Below are positions 1 to 27,611 of a stretch of 64,000 bases of DNA, piece by piece. Position numbers and translations under genes: made by a program. Location: assembly GCF_009914755.1 (NCBI RefSeq), contig NC_060944.1. The stretch is one strand, 5' to 3'. Below the pieces are notes generated by a model. It was not told the DNA's origin and made no database searches. It saw only the letters and a list, made by a program, of their open reading frames with translations. Position 1 is the stretch's first letter. Each line of letters begins with the position of its first letter. Origin of the DNA: the human T2T-CHM13v2.0 reference genome, Homo sapiens.

Positions 1-209
1 CAGTAAAATGTTGGAGGCTCTGAAGGGTGAGTGGTCATTAATTAGACGGTTAGACTAATAAGAGGGGAAGGGAAAGGCATTCCAGGTAGAAGGAACTCCA
101 TGTGCTAAGGCACTGTGGGGGAAGGGCATGTGTGGGGTGGGAGCAATGCCTGTTGACTGATGGTGTGCCAGAGAGGCAGAGAGCCACGCAGTTTACACCT
201 GCTGGCTCA

Positions 210-385
210 CTGACCCTTACCACAGTCCTGTGAGATAGCTACTGCTATTAATATCATTTTGTAGATGAGGAAATCGAGGCACAGAGAAGGTAAGTAACTT
301 TCCCAAGGACACACAGCACCATTAGCAGTGAAAGAGCAGCAGTTATAACCCAGGCCTGTGACCAGAATTCTGAACATCTCTAATC
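210..385. mobile_element. MIR (representative; many more, e.g. ~5110-5380, 34400-34720, 40160-40500, 41520-41760, 48070-48310)
   Basis: MIR core attttgtagatgaggaaatcgaggcacagagaaggtaagtaactttcccaagg. Confidence 0.75.
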
Positions 386-1159
386 TTTAAGTAAAGGAAG
401 GCAGGAGAAATTGGTCCATTTGGGGCAGGTGTGTTTTCTGGGAACCTTCCAGCACTATTTTCACTTGCAGCTGTAGCCACAGGCTACATAGATGATTTCC
501 AGAATGGAGGGGAAGAAGAGTGCACCCAGCCTTTCCTGGCCACAGGCAGGAATCCTTTTAGCCAGTTATTAATGCTCAGCCACAGGAGATGCCGCAGTGA
601 GACACACAGAGGAGCCAGACCAGGGAGAGGCAGCAAGAAAGACAGCATTGATCCTGGAGGTATACATTTAGGAGAGAGAACCTGTCAGAACAGAAAGAGC
701 TTGGACTTGGGACCAGGCCAACCTCAGCCCAAATGGCAGCCCTGCTACCCACCAGCTCTGTGACCTTAAGTAAGTTTCCTCTTAGTCTCCAGTTCTTTAT
801 TCAAGCAGAGTAAAAGTATGCTTCCCGCCTCCCTCCCACCTCCATCCTGTAGCCAACAGTCCCCCCTCCCCAGAGGCATGCACTATGACTAGTTTCATGC
901 ATCATCTTCCGGGTAAATTGTAGAGAGACAGACGGATGAATAGAAGTATATATGTGTGTGTATAATATAGTACACACATATATGCAAATATTGTAACTAT
1001 TGGGATGCTTTGACTAAGTACAAAAAAACCTACAGATGCAAGATTTACTTATTAAGAACTGTGGAGATAATAAATGCCTAATTTCTGTGTCCAACTGCTC
1101 ATTAATGTCTAGTAAGAATCTCAAATTTAACATGGTTAAGATTAAACTTTTATTGTTAT

Positions 1160-6043
<4,884 letters not shown>

Positions 6044-7513
6044 ATTATATGTGGGGGAAAATGTTTTTCAAAAGATTAGACAATTTCTGAATTGAGCCTA
6101 ATATCTCAATATCTCTCAGTCTCTCTTCTCACTCCATCAGGTCTGATGCTGGTCTGGGCAGAAATGGATTTGTCACCTCAAAGATGACTTCCTTGGGCAC
6201 AACTAGGCCAGACGCTGGGTACCTTGTGGTGGCCCTGGAGGGGTACAGCTTCAAGAAAGAACTTGCCGATCCCCTGCAAAGAATGCAGTTAGCCAACAGC
6301 CTTCGGCCTCAGCACATTTGAGATCTGCCTTAACTTTCAAGCCAAGGCTAGCTCTTCCTGAGCAGGCTCCAGCGAAGAACCTGCATGGAGGGACTAGGAC
6401 CCGACCAGTTCTGCCCAACATGGGGCTCCCCTAACAAACAGTCTTTGTTCTGGAGCTCCCAAACTGAGTTGACAAAGCCTCTGTCAGCCCTGCATTGCCG
6501 TCTGAGGCTCCCCTGCTGAGTGCTGCTTTCACCCACTTTTGTCTTTCACAGGCATGACACTCCTCCCTCTCGTCCTACTAGCTCCACTTTACCATCTGCT
6601 TCCCAGAGGACTGGAACTGACATGCTGCCTTTACTACCCCGCAACCATTCTCACCCCACCTCCACATATGCCTGCCCAAATAATCTTGATTTTGGGCTCA
6701 GCTACTAGATCGAAATCCCTTCATCTTTGGAGAGTGGGTTGCTCCCCAGCCCCAGCAGATAAATCATGATCTGTCTTAAGTAGACCCAGTAAGTCCTTTC
6801 TGTTCTACAGGAATTGGTCCAGGATGGGTGCCTGGTCCGCCTTTTAGCCAATGAGAGGTCAGGGGAAATCTGGGGCTTCACTTTACTAATAACATAGACC
6901 TTCAGGTAGTTAAAGCCTTCTGCCCTGCCCCTTCCCTTCCATTTTGATCAGTGTCCTGTGATCAAATGATGTGAGGCACTGCAGCAGCTGTTTTGGGCAA
7001 TGAGTTTGAGGACAAAAGCCAACTGCTGAAGATGACAGAGCAGAAAGATGAGAAGAGCCTGAGTCCTGAAGAACACCCCCGAGCCCCTGCAATGACTCTG
7101 GAGCTGCTGACCTCCACATGTTTTGCTATAAAAAAAAAGATTGCATTTCTTCTTTGCTCAAGCCACCATGAATCAGGCATGCTGTGACTGGCCGCTGAAA
7201 ATATGGTAACGCATGCAGTCACATTCCCCATGTTCTATTCTCCAGATTACCTTCAAACAACTGAAGGTACAGGACTCAGAGTTCCCGTTGAGGTATTTGA
7301 ACTATTTTCCTGGAAGGGAAATATTCAAAAAGTCCTCTCAGCCCCGGGCACAGTGGCTTACACTGTGGATTACAAAAGGACTTTTAAGGACTCATAGGAT
7401 TACAGAATCCTGTAATCCCAGCACTTTGGTGGGCAGGTCACCTGAGATCAGGAGTTCAAGACCAGCCTGGCCAAAATGGTGAAATCCCGTCTGTACTAAA
7501 ATTATAAAAATTA

Positions 7514-7681
<168 letters not shown>

Positions 7682-7711
7682 TCATTTCCAACTTGCCAAC
7701 ACCTGTGATAA

Positions 7712-9257
<1,546 letters not shown>

Positions 9258-9312
9258 ATACTTACCTCTCCCTTGCTTCAAACCCTCCCATGGCTCCCCA
9301 GTACTTTTTCAG

Positions 9313-12480
<3,168 letters not shown>

Positions 12481-13184
12481 AGAAAGGGGTTTTAATCATT
12501 ACTTAATCCAACGCTTTTTTGTTGTTGTTGAAGAGGGAAAACTGAAACGGGAATGTAATTTGCTCAGGATCACATGGCCAAGTTGTAGAATCAGGCTGCA
12601 CTCTAGCCTGGGTGACAGAGGGGGACTCCATCTAAAAAAAAAAAAAAAGAAAAGAAAGAAAAAGAAATTATTAACAATGAAAATTAAAACAAATAAAAAT
12701 GTTAGAGGCTAGACTCCACAGCCAGCCCACTCTCACCCTCTGTGTTGTAAATGCTTGCATGAGGCTTCAGGCAACTTTCAGGCTGACAAGGAAGTTTACA
12801 GCACCCAGTCCATAGTGGGAGTGTCCTAATGAATGATGAATGCTTATCGTGTGCAACAGCTTTTTCTTCTTCTTCTTTTAAATGACCTGGTCAGCAGGAA
12901 GTAGCAAGAGCTTCTTAATAGAACATTGGGGGAGCCAACTGGGAGAGGCTCAACCAGCTTTTGAACCAGAATAATCTCCGAGAAGTCACAGCCTTTTTTG
13001 TTTGGCCCTCTTTTCCTGCAGGTGGATTCATTAGAGTACTTTGAGTTGCATGTAAGGAGACTGGGTCAAGAGGGCCTTAAGTGACTAGAGTACTTAGTAT
13101 TATCTCAGGTAACAATACACCAATAGGTGGGCTGTTTCAGGGTTGGCTATTTCAGCGTCTCAGTTCTGGGGTATTGGATTAGCT

Positions 13185-13732
13185 TGTTACTGGACAGGGG
13201 TCCCAATCCAGACCACAAGAGAGGGTTCTTGGATCTCGCGCAAGAATAAATTCAGGGTGAGTCCGCATAGTAAAGTGAAAGCAAGTTTATTAGGAAAATA
13301 AAGGAATAAAGAATGGCTACTCCATAGACAGAGCAGTCCTCAGAGTGCCTGGTTGCCCATTTTTATGGTTATTTCTTGATCATATGCTAAACAAGGGGTG
13401 GATTATTCATGCCTCTCCTTTTAGACCATATAGGGTAACTTTCTGAGGTTGCCATGGCTTTTGTAAACTGTCAGGGCACTGGTGGGAGTATAGCAGTGAG
13501 GATGACCAGAGGTCACTCTCATCGCCTTCTTGGTTTTGGTGGGTTTTGGCAGGCTTCTTTACTGCAATCTGTTTTATCAGCAAGGTCTTTATGACCTGTA
13601 TCTTGTGCTGACCTCCTGTCTCATCCTATGACTTAGAATGCCTAAGTGCCTGAGAACATATCCCAGTAGGTCTCAGCCTTATTTCATACAGCCCCTACTC
13701 AAGACGGAGTTGCTCTGGTTCAAATGCCTCTA
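13185..13732 (-). mobile_element. MER41A-like solo LTR
   Basis: Homologous to the 9758-10687 LTR but lacks the segment between ttcatg and cc...ttttagaccata. TSD AGCT at 13181-84 and 13733-36. Confidence 0.85.
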
Positions 13733-14112
13733 AGCTTCTCAAGGATTCCTCATGGTCTCAAAATGGCTGCTACAACTTCAAATGTCACATTCTAGCACAG
13801 CAATGTCCAAAGGCTGGAAGAATATGTGTGAGAGAGAAAAGAAGTTGGGAGGTGGGAAAGTTTCTCTCTTTTAATAGAAAGGAACTTCCTTCCCAGAAAC
13901 CCTCAGCAGACCTCCACCAATGCCTCAACTGCCAGGACTGCTTCCAATGCTTACTCCAAGACTGTCAACAGGATTTCCATGGCTGGCTCAGACCAATCAG
14001 AATTAATTTCCTGCACATGACATGTTGTGTTTTGTTCCAACAAAATTAGGTTCTGTTGGCAGGGGAGAAGGGGAATGAAGTAATCAACAGAATCTCTTTT
14101 AGGGCTTTATTT

Positions 14113-14596
<484 letters not shown>

Positions 14597-15347
14597 TGAG
14601 GGGAAGATTTATGGCCTAGACTAGACTATACTGGACACCAATTTCTTTGGGAAACCTCCCCTCCCTCGCTTCCACTCCCTGCAGTTCAGATGAGGCTGTT
14701 TATACCCCTTGGTTCCACCAAGAAGCATGTGACCAGGCCTGGACAATCAAAGCATTGCCTTCTTCAAGTGACAATGATTGGTTCAGAGATGAACCACAAC
14801 TTGAGTTCGTCCAATCAGAGTGAATGCTGCAACTTCAGCAGCATTTCCAGGAAGTGACCTCCTTTCCCACCACACTCATACCTGGCAGGATGCAGGCCTG
14901 GAGCTATTGGTTGCCAGCTTGCTATCAAGTAGATACTAAGACTGGAGCCAACTCACTGAAGAGCAAAGCCAAGAGATGGCGAGAGACTATGTCTGGTAAC
15001 CTCATTTGAGTTCCTGAATCCAGCCAGGTCTGAAGCCAGTACTTTTCAGTTACTTACTTCAGTCCTTTTCAGTTACTTAAGCCAATAAATTGCTTTTTGC
15101 GTAAAAATCAGTTTCAAATGGGGCTTCTGTCATTTACAAATAAAAGAATCCTAGGCTGGGCACAGTGGCTCATGCCTGTTATCCCAGCACTTTGAGAGGC
15201 CAAGGTGGGAGGATTGTTTGAGTTCAGGAGTTTGAGACCAGCAACATAGCAGGACCCCATCTCTATCTGAAAAAGAAAAAAAAGGGCCGGGCGTGGTGGC
15301 TCATGCCTGTAATCCCAGCACTTTGGGAGGCCGAGGTGGGTGGATCA

Positions 15348-15755
<408 letters not shown>

Positions 15756-16803
15756 CTAATGTATGTAGTCCTGCCTTTATAGTCTGAGACTCTCTGACCC
15801 AGACTTTGGGGGAAGGACGGTCTCTTAATTCTGCATGGGAAACAAAAGACACCCAGTCCTTTCCATCACAAAGCCCCAGCTACCTTCTTGGCAAAGAGTA
15901 GGGAAATGCCTTTCATTCTTTCCCAATGGCCCTGGAATTGAGAAAATGAAAGACAGTTGATTTCCCAATCAGGTTATTCCACCACGTTGAACTTTCGGTA
16001 ACTGTCCTTGCCCCATCGTGTTGCGAAAGCATTCAGGTTGAACAGTGTTCAGGAAGAATACTCAAGCAAAAACTGGTTTGCAGCCAAATACAGAGACTGC
16101 AAACCCCAGTGGCTTCAGGGGCCAGGCAGGGAAAGTAAACATGTGAAACAATAGGGAGTAGTCCTGCCTGTGGGGAACAGGGGAGTTCTCATGCCCCAGC
16201 CTAATAAATGAAAAAATTATTTATACACCACAGTGGAACCGGAGATGCACCTAAAGCCATTGGGATGTGGTTTCTCTTTTTCATCTCACTGCTCTGTCTC
16301 TGATGTGGCTTCATTCTCAGAGGATTGTGGGCTCACAAGCCAACATCCTGACAGTTTAGAAACCACAGGAGAAATGTTTCTCTTTCTCAATCGTTTCAAC
16401 ATAAATCCTGGATGAAACTGTTATTGGCCTTGTTTGAGTTCAAATGGTCATCCCTGAACCATCCCTGTACCTAAAAGAGGTATGGTGGTGTCATTGGTCA
16501 GACCTGAGTCTGACCCATCCTGGAATGGGGTTCAGGCCCACTTTAACCATATAGACTGAGACTGGGGAATGGGAAAGGTTTCATGCCTTTGTTTGGGCTC
16601 CCTCAGAAGCAGACTCTGAGATGAGGATTTGAGGTGCAAGTGGATTATTTGGGAGATGATCCCAGAAAGCACCATTAGGGGATTGAGAGAATGAGACAGA
16701 GAAGAGAAGCCTGCGGAAACAGGAAGTATTATCCAGCAAGTTACTACTGTGGACAACTGGAGCACAATCCCATCAGGGAACTCTGGCAGCCAGTGTAGAG
16801 CAT

Positions 16804-17143
16804 TGTTTTAGTCTATTTTGTGCTGTTATGATAGAATACCACAGACTGGGCAATTTAAAACAATAGAAGTTTATTTGGCCCATGGTTATGGAGGCTGGGG
16901 AGTCCAAGGGCATAGTGCTGTCATCTGGCAAGGGCCTTCATGCTGCATCATTCATGGTGGAAGGTGAAAACGTAAGAGAAGGTGAGGGTGAACAAGAGAT
17001 TGAACTCGCAGCCGCAAGCCCTTTCACAACTGGCATTAATCCATTCTCATGAGGGCTCCATTAGGCTCCACTCCCCAGCATATTTGAATTGCGGATTAAG
17101 TTTCCAATACATGCTTTTGGGGGGACACATTCAAACCATAGCA
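16804..17143 (-). mobile_element. MST-type MaLR LTR nested in an older ERVL (LTR33/LTR16-like) LTR at ~16588-17370
   Basis: Termini tgttttagtc...cattcaaaccatagca. Near-TSD agcat/aacat. Confidence 0.75.
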
Positions 17144-18201
17144 AACATAGACCTCAATGTTATCCCATCTTAGTGCTGAGGGAGCTGGGGTATTCATCTA
17201 CCAACTTCTGTCAGTCATTGTCTGACAGTTGCTAGCAGGAGAGTTTTTGCCCAGAACTTCCAGCATGGAAGAGCATGGTCCCTGCTGGTCTGAGAAAGTC
17301 CTCAGACAAAGAGACGAAGCTTGGGCCAGCGTGCATTGAAGGTTAGGACAATGGCCAGGGCACCTATAGCCTTTGCTTCATTGTCTGAAGGAAAATTGGG
17401 GTGCTATGATCAGAAGAAGGCACTGATGTTGCACAGGTCAAACAAACATGTTCATTCAAGGAGTGAATCGGTTGGCCCATTCATCTTCTGAGTCCATTAA
17501 CCAAGCAATGGCAGGGAAGGGTATACTCTGTTGCTCTAAGGAACTGGCATGGAAGCTGCACTTGGCACTTTTGTTCACATCTCATAGGCCAGGATGTGAT
17601 CAGATGGCCATATCTACATGTGGGGAAATGTAGCTTTTGACTGTCCAGCCAAATCTCAGGGATTATGGCTAGGTGTGGTGGCTCACTCTTGTAATCCCAG
17701 CACTTTGAGAGGCTGAGGTGGAAGGATTACTTGAGCCTAGAGGTTTGAGACCAGCCTGGGCAGCAAAGTGAGACTCTTGCCTTTACAAAAAAAAAAAAAA
17801 AAGTTTAAAGTAGCTGGGCATGTTGGCACATGCCTGTAGTCCCAGCTACTTGAGAGGCTGAGGCAAGGAAATGCTTGGGCTCAAGAGTTCAAGGCTGCAG
17901 TGAACTATAATAGTGCCACTGCACTCTGGCCTGGGTGACGGAGTGAGACCCTGTCTCGAAAAAAAAAAAAAATTACAGAGATTCTGCTACTTAAAGAAGG
18001 GGAAGGAAGGGCCAAATGTTTTTTCCTGGCAAGACTTTGTGTCTATATTTCAGAAGGAATGCCTTCCCAGTGGACTTCAGCCTACATCTCATTTTCCTGA
18101 ACCATGTCTCACTACCTCCACTGGAGAACCAAGTATTTAGCTTCCTGGTCTCTCTAATAGAAGAAGGCAAGGGGAAGGGGATTGGGAGTGGGTAGTTTGG
18201 G

Positions 18202-18302
18202 CAGGAAGATCAACCATCCTGGTTTGCCTGGGACTAAAGATATTCTGGAGACATGGGATTTTCAGTGGTAAAACCAACCTCCAGGATCTGCAGCCATACC
18301 CT
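18202..18302 (+). mobile_element. MER94-like hAT MITE
   Basis: caaccatcctggtttgcctgggact...catgggattttcagtggtaaaacc. Confidence 0.55.
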
Positions 18303-19231
18303 ATGTAGCTTGAGACCTTAACTCCAGTTGGAGAAATGTTATCTTCTCTGTCACCTCCTCCTCCTAACAACCTTCTCTCTCTCTTCATCACTTCCTCTTC
18401 AACTAAAAGGTGGCCAGGTCCTCTGCTATGCCCTACATCCACTTACACTCTGTCCTCATGGTTGGACCTCCTTGGACCCCAACTCTGCCCTGACTTCTGG
18501 GAACTTCAGTGGTGCCAGAGCCTCTGTCCAGCTCTCAGCATCTCCCTTACCTCCACCATCTTGTTTCCGGCCATCTTGCGTCCTTGGAGTCCAGAGTTTG
18601 CAAAGGTGGAAATGGAGAAGCTGGAGAGAGAAAGCGCTTGCTGGTCTCACTGAAACAGTCAGGACTCAAACTCTCAGCCCAAGGCTCTTCGCTCTGCACC
18701 CCTCAAAACCTTTGGTGCCCGTTATTCAACTAGCTTGACATTTCTCCAGCTCTGAGGTGATACCTCTCTCCAAGATGCCTGCAGTCAGAGGGCAGGGGGC
18801 GTGGCACAGAGTGGGGCCTCAAGAAACACTGCAAAATACCTCTAGGGCCCCTTTCTGGCTCTCAAATGATCTCCGTACGACTTGACCTGACCAAACAGAA
18901 AGAATTCAGGCTCCCTCCTCAAACCTGTTCCCCTACCACCTCCTAAGCGGTAGGGGTGGTTTGGACCCCAATAATGACATTTTTATATAACTTGGAGTTT
19001 ATTATTTTTTCTTTTTCTTTTCTTTTCTTTTTTTTTTTTTTAAGACAAGAGTCTCGCTCTGTCACCCAGTCTGGAGTGCAGTGGTGCTATCTCGGCTCAA
19101 TGAAACCTCCACCTCCCAGGTTCAAGCAATTCTTGTGCCTCAGCTTCCTGAGTAGCTGGGACTACAGGCATGCGCCACCGGGCCCGGCTAATTTTTGTAT
19201 TTTTAGTAGAGACAGGATTTTGCCATATAAT

Positions 19232-19448
19232 TTGGAGTTTCACAACACCAGCACTATTTAGATTTTGGGCCAAATAATCCTTGAGTGGGGGTGGGGGTGG
19301 GGGCTGTCCTGTTCACTGTAGGAGGTTTAGGGGCAGGCCTGACCTCCACCCACCAGATGCCCAGAGAACCCTCCTCCCCAGTTATGTCAGTGCCTCCAGA
19401 CATTGCTAAATGTCCCCTGGGAGACAAAAATCACTCCTGAACCACTGA
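19232..19448. mobile_element. MER20 hAT-Charlie element, copy 1
   Basis: gcactatttagattttgggcc...ggggctgtcctg...tccagacattgctaaatgtcccctggg...gaaccactg. Confidence 0.8.
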
Positions 19449-19555
19449 TCTAGACGGTCAATATTTTCTTAATATAAAAAGTGGGGCTGGGCGAGGTGGC
19501 TCATGCCTGTAATCCCAGCACTTTGGGAGGCCGAGGCAGGTGGATCACGAGGTCA

Positions 19556-19850
<295 letters not shown>

Positions 19851-20154
19851 TCAAGCTCACTACTCAAATGCAGCTTGGAACAAAGGCTCTGGCAACCCTG
19901 CCATCCAGCTGGCTTCTCTCAGTGAGTCACACTCAGAGATTTCTGGCGTCACTGCCACTCTCCCCACCCCCTCTCATGCAGAACAATGGGTCTCACTCTG
20001 GCTCTGACCTTCTTCACACCCAGCACTTTACTCCATTTTCCTGGACTGGGAAAGCCCTTTATGTTGTGGGCAACTTTGTTTGTGCTAAGTCAACAGAAAA
20101 TGCTTCTTGGCCTCTACCCTCCTGAGAGCACATGGTGCATTAATAAGTTTAACC

Positions 20155-20370
20155 CAGAGTTTCCCAACCTTGGCGCTACTGACATTTTGGGCTGGCTCAT
20201 TCTTTGCTTCGGGGGCTGTCCTGTGTGTTGTCTGATGGTTAGCAACATCCCTGGCCTCCATTCACAGATGCCAGGGGCAACACCACACCTGGTTGTAACC
20301 AAAACTTTCTCCAGACATTGTCAAATATCCTCTGGGGAAAAAAAAATCACCCTCGGTTGAGAACCGTCGT
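20155..20370. mobile_element. MER20 hAT-Charlie element, copy 2
   Basis: cccaaccttggcgctactgacattttgggc...agcaacatccctggcctc...tccagacattgtcaaat...ggttgagaacc. Confidence 0.85.
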
Positions 20371-20402
20371 CAACTCCTACTAGGAACCACTGAGGTTAGT
20401 AA

Positions 20403-20771
<369 letters not shown>

Positions 20772-20854
20772 TGATGACTTGTTCAGGTATAAGGGGCAAA
20801 GTCAGGAATTGGAATTTCTCCCAAGCCAGTGATTTTCTTTTCCTTTTTTTTTGA

Positions 20855-21040
<186 letters not shown>

Positions 21041-21346
21041 TGACCAGGCTGATCTGGAACTCCTGACCTCAGGTGATGCACCTGCCTCGGCCTCTCAAAG
21101 TGCTGAGATTACAGACATGAGCCACCGCGCCCGGCCTAAGACAGTGATTTTCAAATTCGCTAACTGATAAACGTCACTGGGGCCCTTGCTAACAGAGGCC
21201 TGGCCCCATGCCAGACCCACTGCATCAGAACCTTTAGGAAAGGGGCCAGGAGTTCTATATTCTCTACAAGATTCCTTTCCTGACAACCTGCAAACATCAA
21301 TATTTAACAGCCAATATTCTCTGTTTTTATAGCTTTTCTCACATGA

Positions 21347-21571
<225 letters not shown>

Positions 21572-22060
21572 TAGCCTTGAACCCCTGGCCTCAGCCCCAG
21601 AAGCTGGGACTACAGACACACGCTCAGGGTGTCCAGCTTGCCATTCCCACTTCAGAGAAGAAACTGAAGCACACAGAGATTGTGACTTGCCCAAAGCCAT
21701 TCAGAAAGTGAGAATAGGCCGGGTGCAGTGGCTCAAGACTGTAATCCCAGCAGTTTGGGAGGCCGAGGTCGGAGGATCACTTGAGCCCAGGAGTTGGAGA
21801 CCAGCCTGGGCAACATGGCAAAACTCCATCTCTACAAAAAATACAAAAATTAGTCGGGTATGGTGGCACTCACCTGTAGTCCCAGCTACGTGGGAGGCTG
21901 AGGTGGGAGGATTGCTTGAGCATGGGAGGTCATGGCTGCAGTGAGCCATTATTGCACCAGTGCATTCCAACCTAGGTGACAGAGGGAGACCATCTCAAAA
22001 AAAAGAAAAAAAAAAATGAGGCTGGGCACGGTGGCTTAGGCCTGTAATCCTAGCACTTTA

Positions 22061-22336
<276 letters not shown>

Positions 22337-22559
22337 TTAAAATAACAAAAAGTAAGAAACAGAAACATACACACACACAAAAGCAAACAAAAGAAAACAA
22401 GAAAAGGAAAAAATGAAACAAACTAGAAAGAACAAAATGAGAAGAATGTAGACTGTCATCATGTGCCTTGGCCATCCCTCCAGGAAGATGTCTTGGAGCT
22501 GGGATTCGTGGATAAACAAGATAAACAAGATGTATACATTTTCCTGTGTGCTTGCAGCT

Positions 22560-22583
22560 ACACACACACACACACACACACAC
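22560..22583. repeat. (CA)n microsatellite, ~12 units
   Basis: Direct reading. Confidence 0.9.
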
Positions 22584-23495
22584 TTGTGCATGCATTTGGA
22601 CACACAAACACTGGGGCCAGAGAGAGGCCCAGCCTCCCCTTAGACACATTGTTGTCCAATGTCCCCCACCCCCAGTTGGGGTTCTGTAAGTAAAAAAGAA
22701 GGAACAGGATGAGTATTCAACAGGCAACCTTTAGGTTTTCCATGGACCTCACCTCATTTGATAGACAGAAAAGTTTCTACAGCAAGTTCATTGGCAGGAC
22801 TAGGCCTTGAGCCCACTCCCTGGGACAGCGGACTCCACACCACCTGTTACAACTGGAGATTGAGTGTCTGCCGGAAGCTGTTTCCTGGGGAACTGCAGCC
22901 AGCTGCTGGCCACACAGGAGCTCTTTATCCCCCACCAACTCACCTCCCTGGGATCTACCCAGGACCTGCCTTCTTGAGTAACAGGATGTGACCCTATGTC
23001 ACCAGGGCACTTGCTGCCCATTGAAAGTCCTCATGAGTCATTCTCCAAGGTTCCAAGGGAAAAAAAACTCCTAGATAGGGGCCCATCCCAGAAAGAAATA
23101 AAACACTGGCCCAGGGCCGAGACTTTCAGAGAAACCAGCTGGCCTGCTTGTGAGTGGGAGGTTGCGGGGGGTCACCTTGAACCGAGGTCTCTCTGGACAG
23201 AACTGTTTTCTTATTCAATCATTCATTCATCATCTATTTATAGACATGACATTTATTCATGGATTCAGCTAATATTTATTAGGAGGGGCAAAATAACTCT
23301 CACTTCTAACCTACACATTTTTGAGTTGTTTACATTCATTATTACACAAGTATGTGCTGCTTTCATTTTTTTAAGCTTTGCTTTTAATTAATTAATTAAT
23401 TTATTTATTTAGCAATCCCAGGATGGAGACAGATTTAATTATTTTAAAATAACAGGCCAGGCGTGGTGGCACACACTTGTAATCCCAGCTACTCA

Positions 23496-23591
<96 letters not shown>

Positions 23592-24198
23592 TCAAAAATT
23601 AAAAAGAGAGAGAGAGAGAGAGAGAGATGCTGCTTTCTGATCCAGAGGACATACATGCCCCACTGGCAAGACAGAAGATCCCCAATTCGGACAGCTACCT
23701 GGAGAAGTTGACCTCTAAGCTGAAAACTCAAGGATGAACGTTGCCAGGTGACAGGGAGGAAATTACCAGAAATGGTGCTCTGGGCAAAGGGAACAGCATG
23801 TACAAAGGTCAGGAGATCATGCTTTTTTCCGAAAATGCAAGTGTTTGAGACCATACTGTAGGAAGTGGGAGAGGAAGTGATGAGCTCAGAGAAAAAGACA
23901 GAAAGGCAGAGAGCCCACTTAAAGGAATGGCTAATTAACCACCCCCATTCCACTCTTCCCGCCCACCTCCCCACCCTCATCCCACTCCTAGGACCATGAC
24001 TCAGTCATGAGGTTTTCACACTCTCTCACTTTAAGCTGGGCAGTTTCTGTTTCTCAGCCAATGTGTCATTCATCAGCAGATCATGTCATCCCCCCCAATC
24101 CACAGCATGGTTCCAGAATATCAGCTGATCCTCGTGAATTGGACCGCAAATCTTCCAGAGTTTTTTTTTTGTTTTTTTTTTTTTCTTTTTTGAGATGA

Positions 24199-24336
<138 letters not shown>

Positions 24337-25494
24337 TAATTTTTGTAGTTTTAGTAGAGATGGGGTTTTGCCATGTTGGCCAGGCTAGTCTCAAACTCCT
24401 GACCTTTTGATCTGCCCTCCTCAGCCTCCCAAAGTGCTGGGACTATAGACGTGAGCCGCCACACTCGGCCGCTTCCAGGGTCTTACAAGGCGAAAAAAAT
24501 CTTACATTGAAAATCAAGGGAGCATTAATAAATATTATAGCACTGGGTGCATCGCCCACAGATAGGCAGGCAAGTTTTGTTCAACTGGAGGCACTTTATG
24601 ACTAGGTCTAAAGTCGCCATTTATCTGAGATTGTCCTGTCTCTAGCAGCTGGGTCTCATTTCATGCTCAGAGGAAACTTACGAGGAAAATGCTTTTGCTA
24701 TCCCCACTTCACAGAAGAGAACTGAAGCCTAGAATGTAAGACACTCGCCTCAAATCTCATATACCTGATCACTTTTTTTGAAACAGGGTCTCAAGCAGCC
24801 ACCCCGACTGGAGTGCAGAGGCTGGAACACAGTTCACTGCAGCCTTGACCTCCCTGGGATCAGGTGATCCTCCCACCTTAGCCTCCCGATTAGCTAGGAC
24901 TACAGGTATGCACCACCACACCTAGCTAATTTCTGTATTTTTTCTTCCAAGACGGAGTCTTACTAAGTTGCCCAGGCTGCAGTGCAGTGGTGCAATCTCA
25001 GCTCACTGCATGAGATCGTCTGCTGGGTTCAAGTGATTGTCTTGCCTCAGCCTCCCAAGTAGCTGGGATTACAGGCATGTGCCACCACACCCGACTAATT
25101 TTTGTATTTTTAGGTATTTTTAGGAGAGACGGGGTTTCGCCATGTTGACCAGGCTGGTGTCAAACTCCTGACTTCAGGTGATCCACACACTTTGGCCTCC
25201 CAAAGTGCTGGGATTACAGGTGTGAGCCACTGCATCCGGCCGCCTGGCTAATTTTTAAAAATTATTTGTAGAAATGAGGTCCTGCTATGTTGTCTAAGCT
25301 GGTCTCTAACTCCTGGGCTCAAGAGATCCTCTCACCTCGGCCTCCCAAAATGCTAGGAGTACAGGCGTGAGCCACTGTGCCCAGTCATGGTCTTTGTTTA
25401 ATCTTTACAATAGAGCATCCCCATTTACGATATGGGAAAACAGAGGCCCAGAGAGCTGAAGCAACTTGCCAGAGACATAGCAAAAGTAAGGGAG

Positions 25495-26905
<1,411 letters not shown>

Positions 26906-27059
26906 CAGGAAAATGTTTTAAAAAGTAATAATAATAGGGGCCAGGTGCACTGGCTCACGCCTGTAATCCCAGCACTTTGGGAGGCCGAGGTGGGTGGATC
27001 ACCTGAGGTCAGGAGTTCGAGACCAGCCTGACCAACATGGAGAAACCCCACCTCTACTA

Positions 27060-27218
<159 letters not shown>

Positions 27219-27221
27219 TCA

Positions 27222-27611
<390 letters not shown>

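Noticed and set aside
18778-18810. CTCF-like motif (cagagggcagggggcg)
   Set aside because: The 5' half of the core (CCAS) is missing, so it cannot be supported without a PWM scan or ChIP data.
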